DNA from: Felis catus
Taxonomy: Eukaryota
DNA length: 64,000 nucleotides
Direction: 5' to 3'
Assembly (NCBI RefSeq): GCF_018350175.1
Contig: NC_058369.1
Span: 4,154,001 to 4,218,000, forward strand
Part shown: positions 25,407 to 59,300 of the stretch, one piece after another
How the letters are laid out: every line of letters starts with the position of its first letter
Position numbering within the stretch: position 1 is the stretch's first letter
Translations under genes and position numbers: made by a program
Notes under the pieces: model-generated
The model's input: the letters and a program-made list of their open reading frames with translations, nothing else
Databases searched by the model: none
What the model was told of the DNA's origin: nothing

Positions 25407-27102
25407 CTACTTGATTCGCTCCTTCAGGTAGTCCCAGCCCTCCCTGGAGTACTCGCAAGCCTTGGAGGGGGCCGCCGACAGAGCCGACATCACCTTAATG
25501 ATGCCTGTGGGGAGGGAGGGCCCAGTGCCTTCAGCCTCAGGGCTCAGCCACCACTTCCCCGCTCCCCCCGGAAACCCTAGCTCCGCAAGCCTTTGAGAGG
25601 CCCCAGTTCCAGCCTGGTCAGTTCCACGCGGGGAAACTGAGGCAGAGATGGGGCAGGGCCTCGCCTTGTCTGAAGTCACACGGTGAGCTCCAAAGTGACC
25701 TGTCTTCAACGGAGGCCCTATCTTGCTCCCACCCCCCTGAAATCTCCACCCCTTGTCCTCTCTTAGATCTGCAGGGGGTGCACAGAGCAGGAAGGAGAAA
25801 GATGGAGAGGAATGGCCAGGAAATGGGGGCAGGGGGTGCTGACTGGGGTTATCAGGGGCCGCCACCCCCAAGCCCAGGGACCGGGGCCTACCTGAATTCC
25901 AGGAGTCGCGGATGTGAAAGTTAAACTTTGGAGGGGCTGGGAGCTGGGAAGAGAGGGGAGAAGGGGCAGGTGAAAAGGGGAGGGCCCAGGAGCCCCAGCC
26001 CCCTCCGGAGGCAGCGGAAAGCAGCACAAAGCCCACTGCAGAGAACACCACGCAGGGCTGGAGGGACCAGGGACCAAAAGCCACCCCAGAACTGACACCC
26101 CCCCCCCACACACACACACAGCCCCCACCCCCAAGCCTTAGCCTCACTCCCAGTCCCAGGGTACCTGGGGTATCTTCAGACCTGTCTGCTCACACACGTA
26201 CTGGCTGAACTGGTACAGGGCTGGGGGGACTACCTCTTCTGCCTTCTGAAGGACAGCCTGGCTCTTGTCACTTGGCCCCAGCAGCTCCTGGTCATACACC
26301 AGGTAGACGGCACCCCCGGCCACACTGCCCTTGATGAGGAACCTGCAGGCAGAGAAGGGAAGGACAGCAGCTCAGTAGCTCATGGGACGCCAGTGGCCAC
26401 CCTCGGGGCTCCAGGCCCACTTTGGGGAGGAGTTGGACTCCCGGGGCTGCCACAGTCCTCAGAGCGCCACACCTGAAGCCAGGCAGCGGAAGGCACTTTG
26501 GAAGCGCAGAGGCTTGCCTGACGCCTACTACGCCCATTGAGTGTTGTACTCAATTTACCCTGCAAAGCGGAGCTACTCGGCCCCGTTTACCTGGGAAACT
26601 AAGTCCCGGAGGGGGACCGTGGGTCACGCGTGATCCCGCACAGAGCAGGGAACAGTGAAGACTTAAGACCCCTGACTTTCTGTCTTCCAGCCCCGGGAGG
26701 CACGACCCGAGCGCAACCCTCGAGGGGCTTCCAAGGGACCCCGGTCATTTCTTGTATGTCATACGTCGCTCTGGGCACGCGTTAACTTCCTGAAACAGCG
26801 CGTGCGGCATTCCCACCTTACAGAGGAGGCAACTGAGGCTCCGAGGGGTCTCGGACACAGACAATCAGGAGGCAAGGGTTCGCTGGGACGCGGGAAGGAG
26901 GCGACAGGAGATCTCGGGAAGCCCCTCCCCGCCTGAACCTCAGTTTCCCCATCTGGGCGATGGGGGACCTGACACCACGGAATTCGAAGATCCAGTCGGG
27001 AGCAAACCGGAGGGGGTGCCCACAGGCGGGGACTTTTTCGGGGGCTCCGAGCCCGCCCGGCGGCCCCACGCACCTCATCAGCGACCACACTCGGGGCACC
27101 AT
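25407..27102 (-). CDS. MICOS13: MICOS complex subunit MIC13 (QIL1, C19orf70), 118 aa
   Basis: Exons 27102-27074, 26342-26165, 25943-25892, 25504-25407 total 357 nt. Translation MVPRVWSLMRFLIKGSVAGGAVYLVYDQELLG...LPAPPKFNFHIRDSWNSGIIKVMSALSAAPSKACEYSREGWDYLKERIK*, with GxxxG and RDSWN motifs. Confidence 0.95.
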
Positions 27103-27950
27103 GGTCCCTCGGCTCCGCGCGCAAGGACACTCGACTCGCTCGCCGCTTCCGGTGGCGGCGCCGCAGAGGCCTCTGGGAAACGTAGTCACCCTAGTCGGCC
27201 GCAAAGGCCTCCGGGAGTCGAAGTCGCTCGAAGGCTCGGAGACTCCGGAGAGGGACGGCGGCCCTACAGCGAAAGGATTCTGAGAAGTGTGATCTTCAGA
27301 GCCCGGGAGCCGCAAAGCTGCCTGGGAAATGGAGTCAGCAGGGCCCCGTGAGGCGCCGGATGTCTCGCCTGGCCGCAAAGACTCCTGGGAAGTGTAGTCC
27401 CGCCCGGCACGGTCCCGGCGGCGTGAGGGGGAAATAGGTGTCCGGCGTCTAGAATGAGGCCGGAGCGTAACCCAAGAAGATGTCGGAGCCCGGGAGATCC
27501 ACCCGCGCCCGCGCGGGGGAATAAGGGCCCAGGCCCAGGAAGAGTGTGCCAGTGAGATGGTCGTCACGGCAACGAGAGGTCGGAATTGTGCGAGGGAAGC
27601 TGGCCCTCGGCCACGTGATCTGGGTCGGGGTGGGGCTTTCGTCCAGGGGGCGGGACCAGGACCACGACTGGGAGGGGGCTAGCCTGGCCCTTGCCCGTTG
27701 CCCGGCAACGCCCGGGCGCTAAGTCTCCGTGTCCAGGCCCCTCCCCCTGAGGAGGTGGGCTCGGTGTCACGTGACTCGGGCCCTACGGGAGGGGGAGTGG
27801 TCGGGGGCCCGGCCGGACGCGACCACTTAGGGAGGTCCGAGGGGCGCGCGCCTCGTTCCCTGGCCCGGACCCCAGCCCCTCTGCACCGCGGGGAGAAACT
27901 GAGGCCCGAGTGGGTAAGTGCGAGGTTGGGAGCGCGCAACACGGCCCACG
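26700..27950. promoter_or_regulatory. CpG-island bidirectional promoter MICOS13/HSD11B1L, including a probable non-coding first exon of HSD11B1L (donor GTAAGT at 27914)
   Basis: CpG-dense. ACTACAnnTCCCA-type motifs at 27174-27186, 27323-27335, 27386-27398; E-boxes at 27612-27617 and 27766-27775; X-box-like palindrome at 27697-27709. Confidence 0.8.
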
Positions 27951-29532
27951 TCCTTTTTGTCCAGAGGGGAAACTGAGGCCCAGGGAGGTCAGGGGACCAG
28001 TACGTTCTGCGATCGTCTGGTTCCCCCTATTCGTCCCCCATCGCAGGCCGACTGCTTCATGCATGCATACATGCATGCATCCATCCATCCATCCACCCAG
28101 GCGGCCATTCATCCACCCGACCCCACCTCCCCCTGCGTGGCTGCTGTGGTCAGGGCCAGGATCGGAAGAGGGTCAGGTTAAGGGTCAGGTTGAGGCGCTT
28201 CACAGCCTTTCCTTGGAAGTGCGGAGAGGTGGGGTGGCTGCCGCGACTGGGGAAGGGCGAGGAGTTCACTTTTCTGAGAACTGAGGGAGGTTCATAGACG
28301 GGAATGGTGGAAGAGGAGAATGGACAGGCGGGCCAGGGCCCGACCCGCTGGGCATTGTGGGCTGAGGTTAAGATCTTGGTCTCTATGGGGTCAGTGGTGA
28401 GCCCTAGGAGGGTTTGGAGCAGGAAGGGGAACATCAGACTTCTTTGGACAAAGATCCCTTTGGCTGCCTGAAGGGGGGGGGAGGGAGGGCATATGAAGAT
28501 GGGGGAACCCGGGGCGGGAGGCAGCTGCAACTTTGGGGTGGGGGCAAAGGACTGATGGCTGGATCTAGTGAAGATCTGAGGACACCCCAACCCCACCATT
28601 TCTCAGTTCTGGAAGTCCCCTGTCTTGTCCTCCTGAGTTTGAAGGATTGAAACCCCAAGATGGGATGGACCTGTGCCTTTCCCCGGGGGGGAAATGCATG
28701 TCCCTCCCCCCCCCCAAACATTAAACACTTGGCCTGTTTCTCTTTCACCTTCTCCCTGGAACGAGTAAATTCACTCCCACAGCTGACGTCACATCTTAAC
28801 CCTGATGGCATAGGTTCTTGTGTCTCCAACCCAGGCCTCAGACTCCTTCTGGATGTCCCTTGGCAGAGTCATGTTTCTGCGCTCCCCCAGCTCCTACCCG
28901 CAATGTTCCTCCTGTCACTCAGTGTCCATCTGGTGCCTGTTGAGTACCTGCTGAGTGTCTGGCACAGTTTGGGGCATTGAGGACCCAAGAGTGAACAAAG
29001 CAGAAACAGGTGTCCGTTTCTTTCCTGCCTCATGGAGCACGACAGTCTAGGGGGAGATCAGTTTTGCTCTGACTTTAAAGAAGCGGGAGAGCAACTCGTT
29101 GGGTTCTATTTGGGGAGAGCATTCGGGGCAGAGGGCACAGCCAGTGCAAAGGCCCTCAGGCAGGATGGAGACTGGCTGGTTCCGAGGAAGGAACGGTGAG
29201 GAGGCAGGTGTGGCAACCGGCAGCGGCAGCGTGAGCAAGAGGGGCTGGGCCTCTGACCCTCAAGGAGCCTGGATGTCGAGCAGGGCGAGGCAAGATGTGA
29301 CTTGGCCGCTGGGGGGAGGGTGAAAGCCCAGCAGAGGCGAGGGGATTGGAGCAGGGGAGCCGTGTAGCCTGGTGACCTGGAGCAGGTGGTGGCTGCGGAG
29401 ACGGAGAAGCGAGGGCAGGGCCTGGAGCCTCTTCACACAAGATCACACTTGAGGAAATGGGTGCGGCTGTCAGCCAGGCCTGTGCCCGCCACCCTCTCTC
29501 CCGCCGCAGCCCCTGCAGCCCCGGGGAGCGCC

Positions 29533-31615
29533 ATGAAGGTACTGCTCTTCACCGGGCTGGGAGCCCTGTTCTTCTCGTATTACTGGGATGACAACTTTGA
29601 CCCTGGTGAGTGCCTGGTGGGGGAGGGAGGAATCTGGCCAGCTGTCCGGTGCACCCCCAGGGTTGACCACCCCCCCACACTGCCAGCCAGCCTCCAGGGA
29701 GCCCGCGTGCTGCTGACGGGGGCCAGTGCGGGCGTCGGGGAGGAACTGGCATATCACTACGCCCGCCTGGGCTCCCACCTGGTGCTCACTGCCCACACGG
29801 AGGCCCTCCTGCAGAAGGTGAGACATCCCATTTCCCGTTTGATGGCCGGGTGCGCGTGGGTGGAAAGCGGGGCCCGGGCTTGCTGAAATCCTTGCAACGG
29901 TCCAGGCTTCCTGTGTGACCTGAGGCCAGTTGTTTAACCGCTGTGCCTCAGTTTCCTCATTTGCAAACCGGAGACAATAAAAGTACCTTCTCGTGGGTTA
30001 TGGTGTTGGGTTGGTACAGTGAAACAGCGGGGGTAAAACCGCGAGGGTTCCTCAGTCAGTGGGCGGATGGGTAGTGTCCACAGCCCGTGCTGAGAATTGA
30101 GAATGAATGATGGCGGATGTTGAAGCTCGGAGTAGGGGAGGGGGCTTTAGGCTGGGGCCCCAGTGGCCTAGCAGGTGGCGGGGGGGTGGGGGTGGGGGCC
30201 GGCTGCGGTGGACGGGCCCACGGGCAGCTCTGGCCCCCCCAGGTGGTAGGGAACTGCCGGAAGCTGGGCGCTCCCAAGGTCTTCTACATCGCTGCGGACA
30301 TGGCCTCCCCTGAGGTGCCCGAGCGCGTGGTGCAGTTCGCGCTGGACAAGCTGGGTGAGGGGCGGGGCCTTCGGGGCAAGACCCGAATGGGGTGGGGCCG
30401 TGGTAGTCGGTGGGTGGAGGTTTACGGGGTCCGGGGCGTGGCCAGGGGCTGGAACTCTGGACCGGGCCTTATTGGATCAGGGACGAAGCCTGGCAGGATG
30501 CAGGGAGGAGGGCCCGGTCTCTTTGCTATTAGGCGGGGCGCCACCCGGGGCCGAATTCACTGGGTCGGCGCTCTGGCCGAGGCGTCGCTAGTTCAAGGCG
30601 ACGGCGCTAGGGGCGGGGTCTCTTCGGGCCCAGGGGCGGAGCCTCAAGGACTAGCTCCTTGCTGATGGGCCTCTCCGGGCCAGGAGGACTGGACTACCTC
30701 GTGCTGAACCACCTCGGCGCCACCCCGGCAGGCTCGCGGTCCAGGAGCGTCCAGGCCACACGCTGGCTCATGCAGGTGCTCCGCCCCTCCTCGGCCAGCG
30801 CCCCGTCCCTCCAATCCCCAGACTCCACCCCCTCCTAAATCCCCACCGCAGGCCCTGCCCCCCGCCCGAGGCCCCGCCCACGCCTCAAAGCCCCGCCCCT
30901 TCCGGGCTCGAGTTTCTCCGCGGCTCGGTGACTCGCGGTCGCCACCTCCAGGTGAACTTTTTGAGCTACGTGCAGCTGACTTCGTTGGCGCTGCCCAGCC
31001 TGACGGACAGCAAAGGCTCTCTGGTGGTCGTGTCCTCGCTGCTCGGTGCGTGCACGCGGGGCGGAGAGTCGGGAGGCCACAGGGCTCGATGCGGCCGAGC
31101 CCCAGGGCAGGAAGGCCCCCTGGCGGAGGGGGAGCGGCGGTGGTCACTCAGCTGCTGCCCTCCCGCCCTCCTAGGCCAGGTGCCCACATCCTTCTCCCGC
31201 CCCTACTCGGCAGCCAAGTTCGCTCTGGACGGCTTCTTCGGCTCTCTGCGGCGGGAGCTAGACGTGCAGGACGTGAACGTGGCCATCACCATGTGTGTCC
31301 TGGGCCTCCGGGATCGCGCCTCCCCCGCCGAGGGAGTCAGGTGAGGCCCGGGACCATCAGGGGCAGGGGCAGTGAGGGGCCGCCCAGCCGCAGTTTCCAC
31401 CGCACCCTCCTGTCCCCAGGGGCGTCACGAGGGCCAAGGCGGCCCCAGGGCCCAAGGCGGCCCTGGCCGTGATCCGCGGCGGCGCCACACGCGCCCCCGG
31501 TGTCTTCTACCCATGGCGCTTCCGCCTGCTCTGTCTGCTCCGGGGATGGCTGCCGCACCCGAGGGCCTGGTTCATCCGCCAGGAGCTCAACGTCACCGCT
31601 GCCGCTGCTGCCTGA
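29533..31615 (+). CDS. HSD11B1L: Hydroxysteroid 11-beta-dehydrogenase 1-like (SDR family), 287 aa
   Basis: Exons 29533-29605, 29687-29817, 30243-30354, 30684-30775, 30952-31045, 31175-31340, 31420-31615 total 864 nt. Hydrophobic N-terminus MKVLLFTGLGALFFSYYW, cofactor motif TGASAGVG, catalytic YSAAK, C-terminus ELNVTAAAAA*. Confidence 0.95.
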
Positions 31616-33199
31616 GCTGCTGCGGGTGGCACCCCTTCAGCTTCCCAGAGAGGGGAACCCTCTATGCAGCCGTCCCGGAGCCGGGACACGAACCGAGACA
31701 CCTCGGAGACGGTGGCCGTGGCTCAAGACAGAGTCATCAAGACAGAAAAGGAAAACCGAGAAATACTACCAGCACCTGGAAACACGGTCACCACTCCCGG
31801 TGTGCAAGTGCTGATCGTGTGCCAGGCACCCTGTCAGTGACCTGGAAGGCATGACCTCAGCCTTCCGGGCCACCACTGATGACATGGTTGCTGCTTCCGT
31901 TTTGCAGACGAGAAAACTGAGGCTCAGAGAGGTGATGTGACTTTCGCCACGGCCCTGGCCGTGTGAAACAGGGCACACCACCCCTGAGCCACCCTGGGAA
32001 CCCCATCCATCTCCCACCTGGATCCTCTGCAGCCCCGATCTGATCTCTTCTTTCCACTCAGTTTTGGAGCATTCCCCTCCCGTTGCCCCAAGCAAGGGAC
32101 AACCTTGAAACTGTCCACCTGCTGATGGGTTCTGAGGTGGGGGAGGAGGGAAAGACGGTGTTCTGGGCTGGACCCAGCTTCCTGTTTCATTATAAAAATC
32201 CTTCTACCCTTGCACATGTGTGTTCAAATTGCTTGGTCCTTCCAGTTTGCAGGTGGCAGGTGGGTCAAGAGGAATTTGTGTATGGGGACCAGACTTGTCA
32301 ACCCTATTTTAGAGGGGAGAAATGGAGGCCGAGTGAGAGGCAGCCCTTGCCTAGCAAGTCACGGGTGAAAGGAAGGGTACTGACTGGCACAGAGGTTTTA
32401 TTTGCAGCATGAAGTACAGGGGTTGCGCAGCAATAATGATAATGTGTACCAGGCACTAAGCCCTTGGCATTGCTGATCTCATGGCATCATCACAATCTGA
32501 AGCTGGTGTTGCCACTGTTCCCATTTCATAGGTAAGGAAAGGTGCTTAGAGAGAGGCTGGACGTCCGTGGCAGGAGCTGGGATTCTCTACCTGCACATCA
32601 CTGATATTTATATCAGTGAAAACGTGACGCCTCCTCTCCCTAAAATGATAAATTAGTGCACTTGCATAAGGAAAAAGCAACTATACAAATAAAAACTGTA
32701 GAACAAATACAATGTTACAATAGCTGTTGGCTATGCAGGGCTCTAGAATGAGCAAGGGTTACAAGGGTTAACCCCTAACAGATCAGCCCCAAACTGGGAC
32801 CATCATTTGGGGATAAGTAGAATTGAAAGATAAAAAACCAGAAATTTTGTTTTGTTTTGTTTTGTTTTGTTTCAACCCTGCCTGCTGTCCCGGAACCAGC
32901 TAAAATTACATCAAATTATATCAAGTGCCATCAGGGGGCACTATACCACATCTTCAGTTCTAAGAATTTAGGATCATATAGGTTGAAACCAAAATCTGTT
33001 TATGGAAGTTTTATTTTGTGCCAAGTACCATTGTATCTTAAACAGTTTGGGATAGGTACTATTACTGTCCTTTTACAAATGAAGAAATTCAGGTGCCGGG
33101 TGGTAAAGTTCCTGGCGCAGGGTCAGCAAGCCAGTGGCCAAGGTGGGATTTCGGCCAGGAGCCTGCAAAAGTAGGATTCGGACTCTCAACCCACCGGCG

Positions 33200-35383
<2,184 letters not shown>

Positions 35384-35404
35384 GCCCCCCTCCCCTCTGT
35401 ACGT

Positions 35405-35410
35405 AATAAA
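35405..35410 (+). terminator. RPL36 polyadenylation signal AATAAA
   Basis: Canonical hexamer 22 nt after the stop, followed by GT-rich sequence. Confidence 0.85.
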
Positions 35411-35509
35411 GCCTTTTTGGAACTTGGGGGTCTTGTATTGGTCTGGGGGAAGGGGCGCGGTGGTGACGTGGCATACAGACACAAGCAGCCGGCCGGTACC
35501 GGAAAGGGT

Positions 35510-35515
35510 TTTAAT
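35510..35515 (-). terminator. LONP1 polyadenylation signal ATTAAA
   Basis: tttaat on + strand, about 170 nt downstream of the LONP1 stop; GT-rich element (TGTGTCTGTATG) follows on the - strand. Confidence 0.7.
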
Positions 35516-35685
35516 CATAATTAAATAGTTCATATATGCCAGACTCCGTGATTAAGCCATAATTGAGGTCCTTGGACTCCAGCCGCTCCCGAGCCTCCTG
35601 GGGGCTCAGCTGCCCAGAGTCCCCGGCCCTGGCGCATTTTCGGCCCGGACGGGGCCCGTGAGTGCCAGCAGCGCCCGGGCTGCGG

Positions 35686-55657
<19,972 letters not shown>

Positions 55658-56352
55658 GGCCCGGCCATCCTGGCGACGCACGGCACTTGCGTCACTTCCT
55701 CTCGCCCGGCTAGTGCGCACGTGAAGCCCGGCGCGTGCCTGGGCGCCGGCGGGGGGCGTGGAACCAGAAGCGACGGGGGTGGGGCTTGCAGGAGCGTGGG
55801 GCGGGGCCCAGTCTTCCCGTTACATTCCCTCCCCTCCCCCGGCCTCCCAGCTGACGCGCTCAAAGCCCTTTTGGGTCACGTGGGCGGGGGGGGGGGGGGC
55901 GTTGGCACGCTCCAGGGCCCCTGGAGCCACTGGTGCTGCAAACGCACCTGTAAGAACTTGTAGGCAGCCCCGTGTATACACTTGGGTTTTGGCGCACGGG
56001 CGACAGGCGCTCAGGCTGCGGAGCGCGTCCCGGTGGGCAGATTCGGGCTTCCCGGGGAACGCTGTGCGCATGCTTACACCAGCCTGCTCATGCGCGGCTG
56101 TGTGCGGGGGCCCAGGTGCTGAGTTCAGGGGACGACGAACGCACGCTCCAACCGGAGAGAGCGTGAGCGCCAGGGCGCTCACGTCCACGGGGGGCGGTTG
56201 AGGTGGGCGGCTCCGCGTTCCCTGGGAGACGAGGTGCGCCTGCGCTGGCGGCCGAGTGCGCAGGCGCAGGCTCCAGTCGGCGCCTGCCCAAACCGTGAGG
56301 CGACACCCAGCGGCGGTTGAGGTGCCTTCGCGCCGGCGGTTCTTGATACGAG

Positions 56353-59300
56353 ATGCTGGTGTTGATGTTGGTGGCGGCGGCGACCTTGCGGCTCTGCTTG
56401 GTGGCCGGAGCTCGGCAGCTGTGCCGGTGGGGCTGCCCTCCCCGGGGAGGGGTGTTGCCCAGGGTCGGGGAGGGGGCCGGCTTGTCCTGGAGCGGAGGCT
56501 TCCCAGTTTCTGGTTCTAGGGATCGAACTTGGTGTTGCCCCTTCTTTCTCCCCAACTGCAGCCCTTCACCAAGTCCCTCCACTGCCACATCAAAGCTTGG
56601 GCCCGATTCCCACCCCTTCGGGCCACGTCCGCCGCCACCGCCCCAGGCCGTGCGCTGCTTTCCCTCGCCCGCTCTGGCCGCAGGAGGGATTTGTAAACGA
56701 GTCTGATCTCGTCTTTCCCCTGCCCCGAGTCTGTGGCACCCAGGATAAAGCCCAAGTTCCTTGCGCGGCCAGCGTTTTCCCGCATGATCTGGCCCAGGCT
56801 TTCCTCGACAGCGGCGCTGCTGACATTTGGGGGCCGTCCTGTACATTGTAAGATGTTGAGCAGCATCCCTGGCCCCCACCCACCACCGCCGGTAGCGAGC
56901 GCTTCCTTCCCCAGGCTTGACAAACAACCAAAAATGTCTCCAGCTACTGCCAAGTGTCCCCTGCAAATTTGAGAGCCACTGATGTGGCCCCTGCCCGCCC
57001 GTGAATCCGTGCTCCAGGCATCTCAAGTCAAACTCCGTCCAGCCTTGGGGATGGGAGTTGGTGTTTGCTACTCGTTCTGCCTGGCACACTTTTCCTTCCA
57101 TGACTGGTTCCTCATTCTGATCCTGACTTAAGTAGCACCTCTTTTCTTTTTTTTAATGTTTATTTATTTTTGAGACACACACAGAGCACGAGCAGGGGAG
57201 GGGCAGAGAGAGAGGGAGACACCGAATCTGAAGCAGGCTCCAGGCTGTGAGCTATCAACACAGAGCCCAACATGGGGCTGGAACTCCTGAACTGTGAGAT
57301 CATGACCGGAGGGGAAGTTGGACCCTTAGCTGCCTGAGCTACCCAGGGGCACCCAGCGCGCCCCCCCCCCCCCACCACCACCGGTTTTTGCTATCAATCA
57401 CTAACTTCTGTTACTGTTTTGACAATTTTTTTGTCTACTGCTGTCAGTAGAATATCAGCTCCATGAGGGTATGGAGTATTTATCTCCTTACTCAGAACAT
57501 GTTTAGATTTTGGTAAATAGCAGATCAGTGAATACTGTTTGCAGGGTGCCACGGAGCTAGTCAGATGCTAAAGCCGAGTTCCTGCCCTCCGGCAAACCCT
57601 GCCTGAAGTAAGCTGTTCGGCAGGGCCCTGTCTGCCCATGGGATAGTAGATGTGAGCTTCTAGTGCATGGCCTAACTTGACCTTTACAACAAAGTCCATG
57701 GGGCAGTAATTCCTTAACGTTCAAATAATTTTTTTTTAAGATTGTTTTTAAATATTTATTTTGGAGAGAGGAAGAGACAGTGCAAGCAGGGAGGGGCAGA
57801 GAGGAGGGAGACCCAGAAGTCAAAGCAGGCTCCAGGCTCTGAGCAGTCAGCACAGAGCCCGACGCGGGACTCGAACGCATGAACCGCAAGGTCATGACCT
57901 GAGCCAAAGTTGGAGACTTAACCGACTGAGCCCCCCCGGAGCCCCAACCTTGTTTTATAGATGTGAAAACAGACCCAGCAAACTTAAAGACACACTTACC
58001 CAAAGACACAAAACCACCAAGTGAAAAGTAGAGGTCTCCAGCAAGTTTTACCGGTGGGATTGGTCTCCACGCTTGAAAAGACGGGTTCTATCCAATTCTC
58101 CCATTTCGTCACCCTGGTTCTCCAGGTGTGGTCCTCGACCAGCAGCATCAGCATCAGCATCACCTGGGAATTTGTTAGAATTCCCTGGATCTACTGAATC
58201 GGAGGTGGGGCCCAGCAGTCTGTGGTTTATCAAGCCTCCAGGTGCTTTTGCCACACGTCAAGATGCTGTACCAACACTTTCCAGCCACCAGCACCGTCTC
58301 CCTGCCCCCGGCCACAGCCAAAAAACCCCCCAAAAACCTGGGAGTAGGAGTTCCTAATATGGGGTCTGCAAATGCGCCTTTATGAGCTCTTGGGAATTAC
58401 GTCCCCATTTTTGTGTATACCTATGTCTGTGGGAGAGAAAGGCCCACGGTTGCACCAGATTTCCCAGGGGCTCCCGTGACCCTAAAGCATCAGGAACAGG
58501 TGCTTTAGAGTTAGCCAAGAGGTACCTTGGTAGGAGTCATGCTGAAGAAAAATGACAGATGGTCTCTCTTGTCGCTTACCTCTAGTATTCACACGGTGAG
58601 GACAGGAAAGGTGTTTCATGTGAGTCAGCAAATTCAAGGGGTATGTGGCTCCCACGCTTCAGTCTCATTTTTCACTTCCAGAACTAACACTTCCTAGTGT
58701 TTCTTGGGTGTCAGGGTTGTGTCAGGCATAGAACACGATCTGATCCCCACCCCTGCGCTTTGAAGTAGAGATTCATCTTTCCCATTTCACTAAAAAACTA
58801 ATTGAAAGAGACCAACTAACACGAAGAAAGCCAGGAGGGGGAAGTGGGTTTAGAACTCAGATCACCTGAGTGTTCCTCCAGTTTCATTTAATTTGAACTC
58901 TGGAGTAACAGGAAGCCGACTGTTACTTTGCTTAAATAACGCAGTGCAAGAGGGCACTTTTTTTTCAACCTCTGTGCCCTACGATGCACAAAGAATTAGT
59001 TCATCAGCTAAAGTGCGTTTCCTCCTGACATGGCATTATTTCAGAAGCGATTTCTGCATTTCTAAATCCTCTCCAAGTGCCTGCTTTCTACCTTGTTAGC
59101 TTTATAATTCCTCGTCCTCTGACCTCTCTGTCAAATAATTGATCGTATGTATGTAAGTAAGCAGTAACATACATAAGGAATGAGATATGAATCATGAGCC
59201 TGTGAATCGCTTTTAACTTTATCTTGACCTAATTATAGATTCACGGCAAGTTGCAAATACAGCACAGAGATGTCTCAGGTAGTACCCTTCACCCGGCTTC

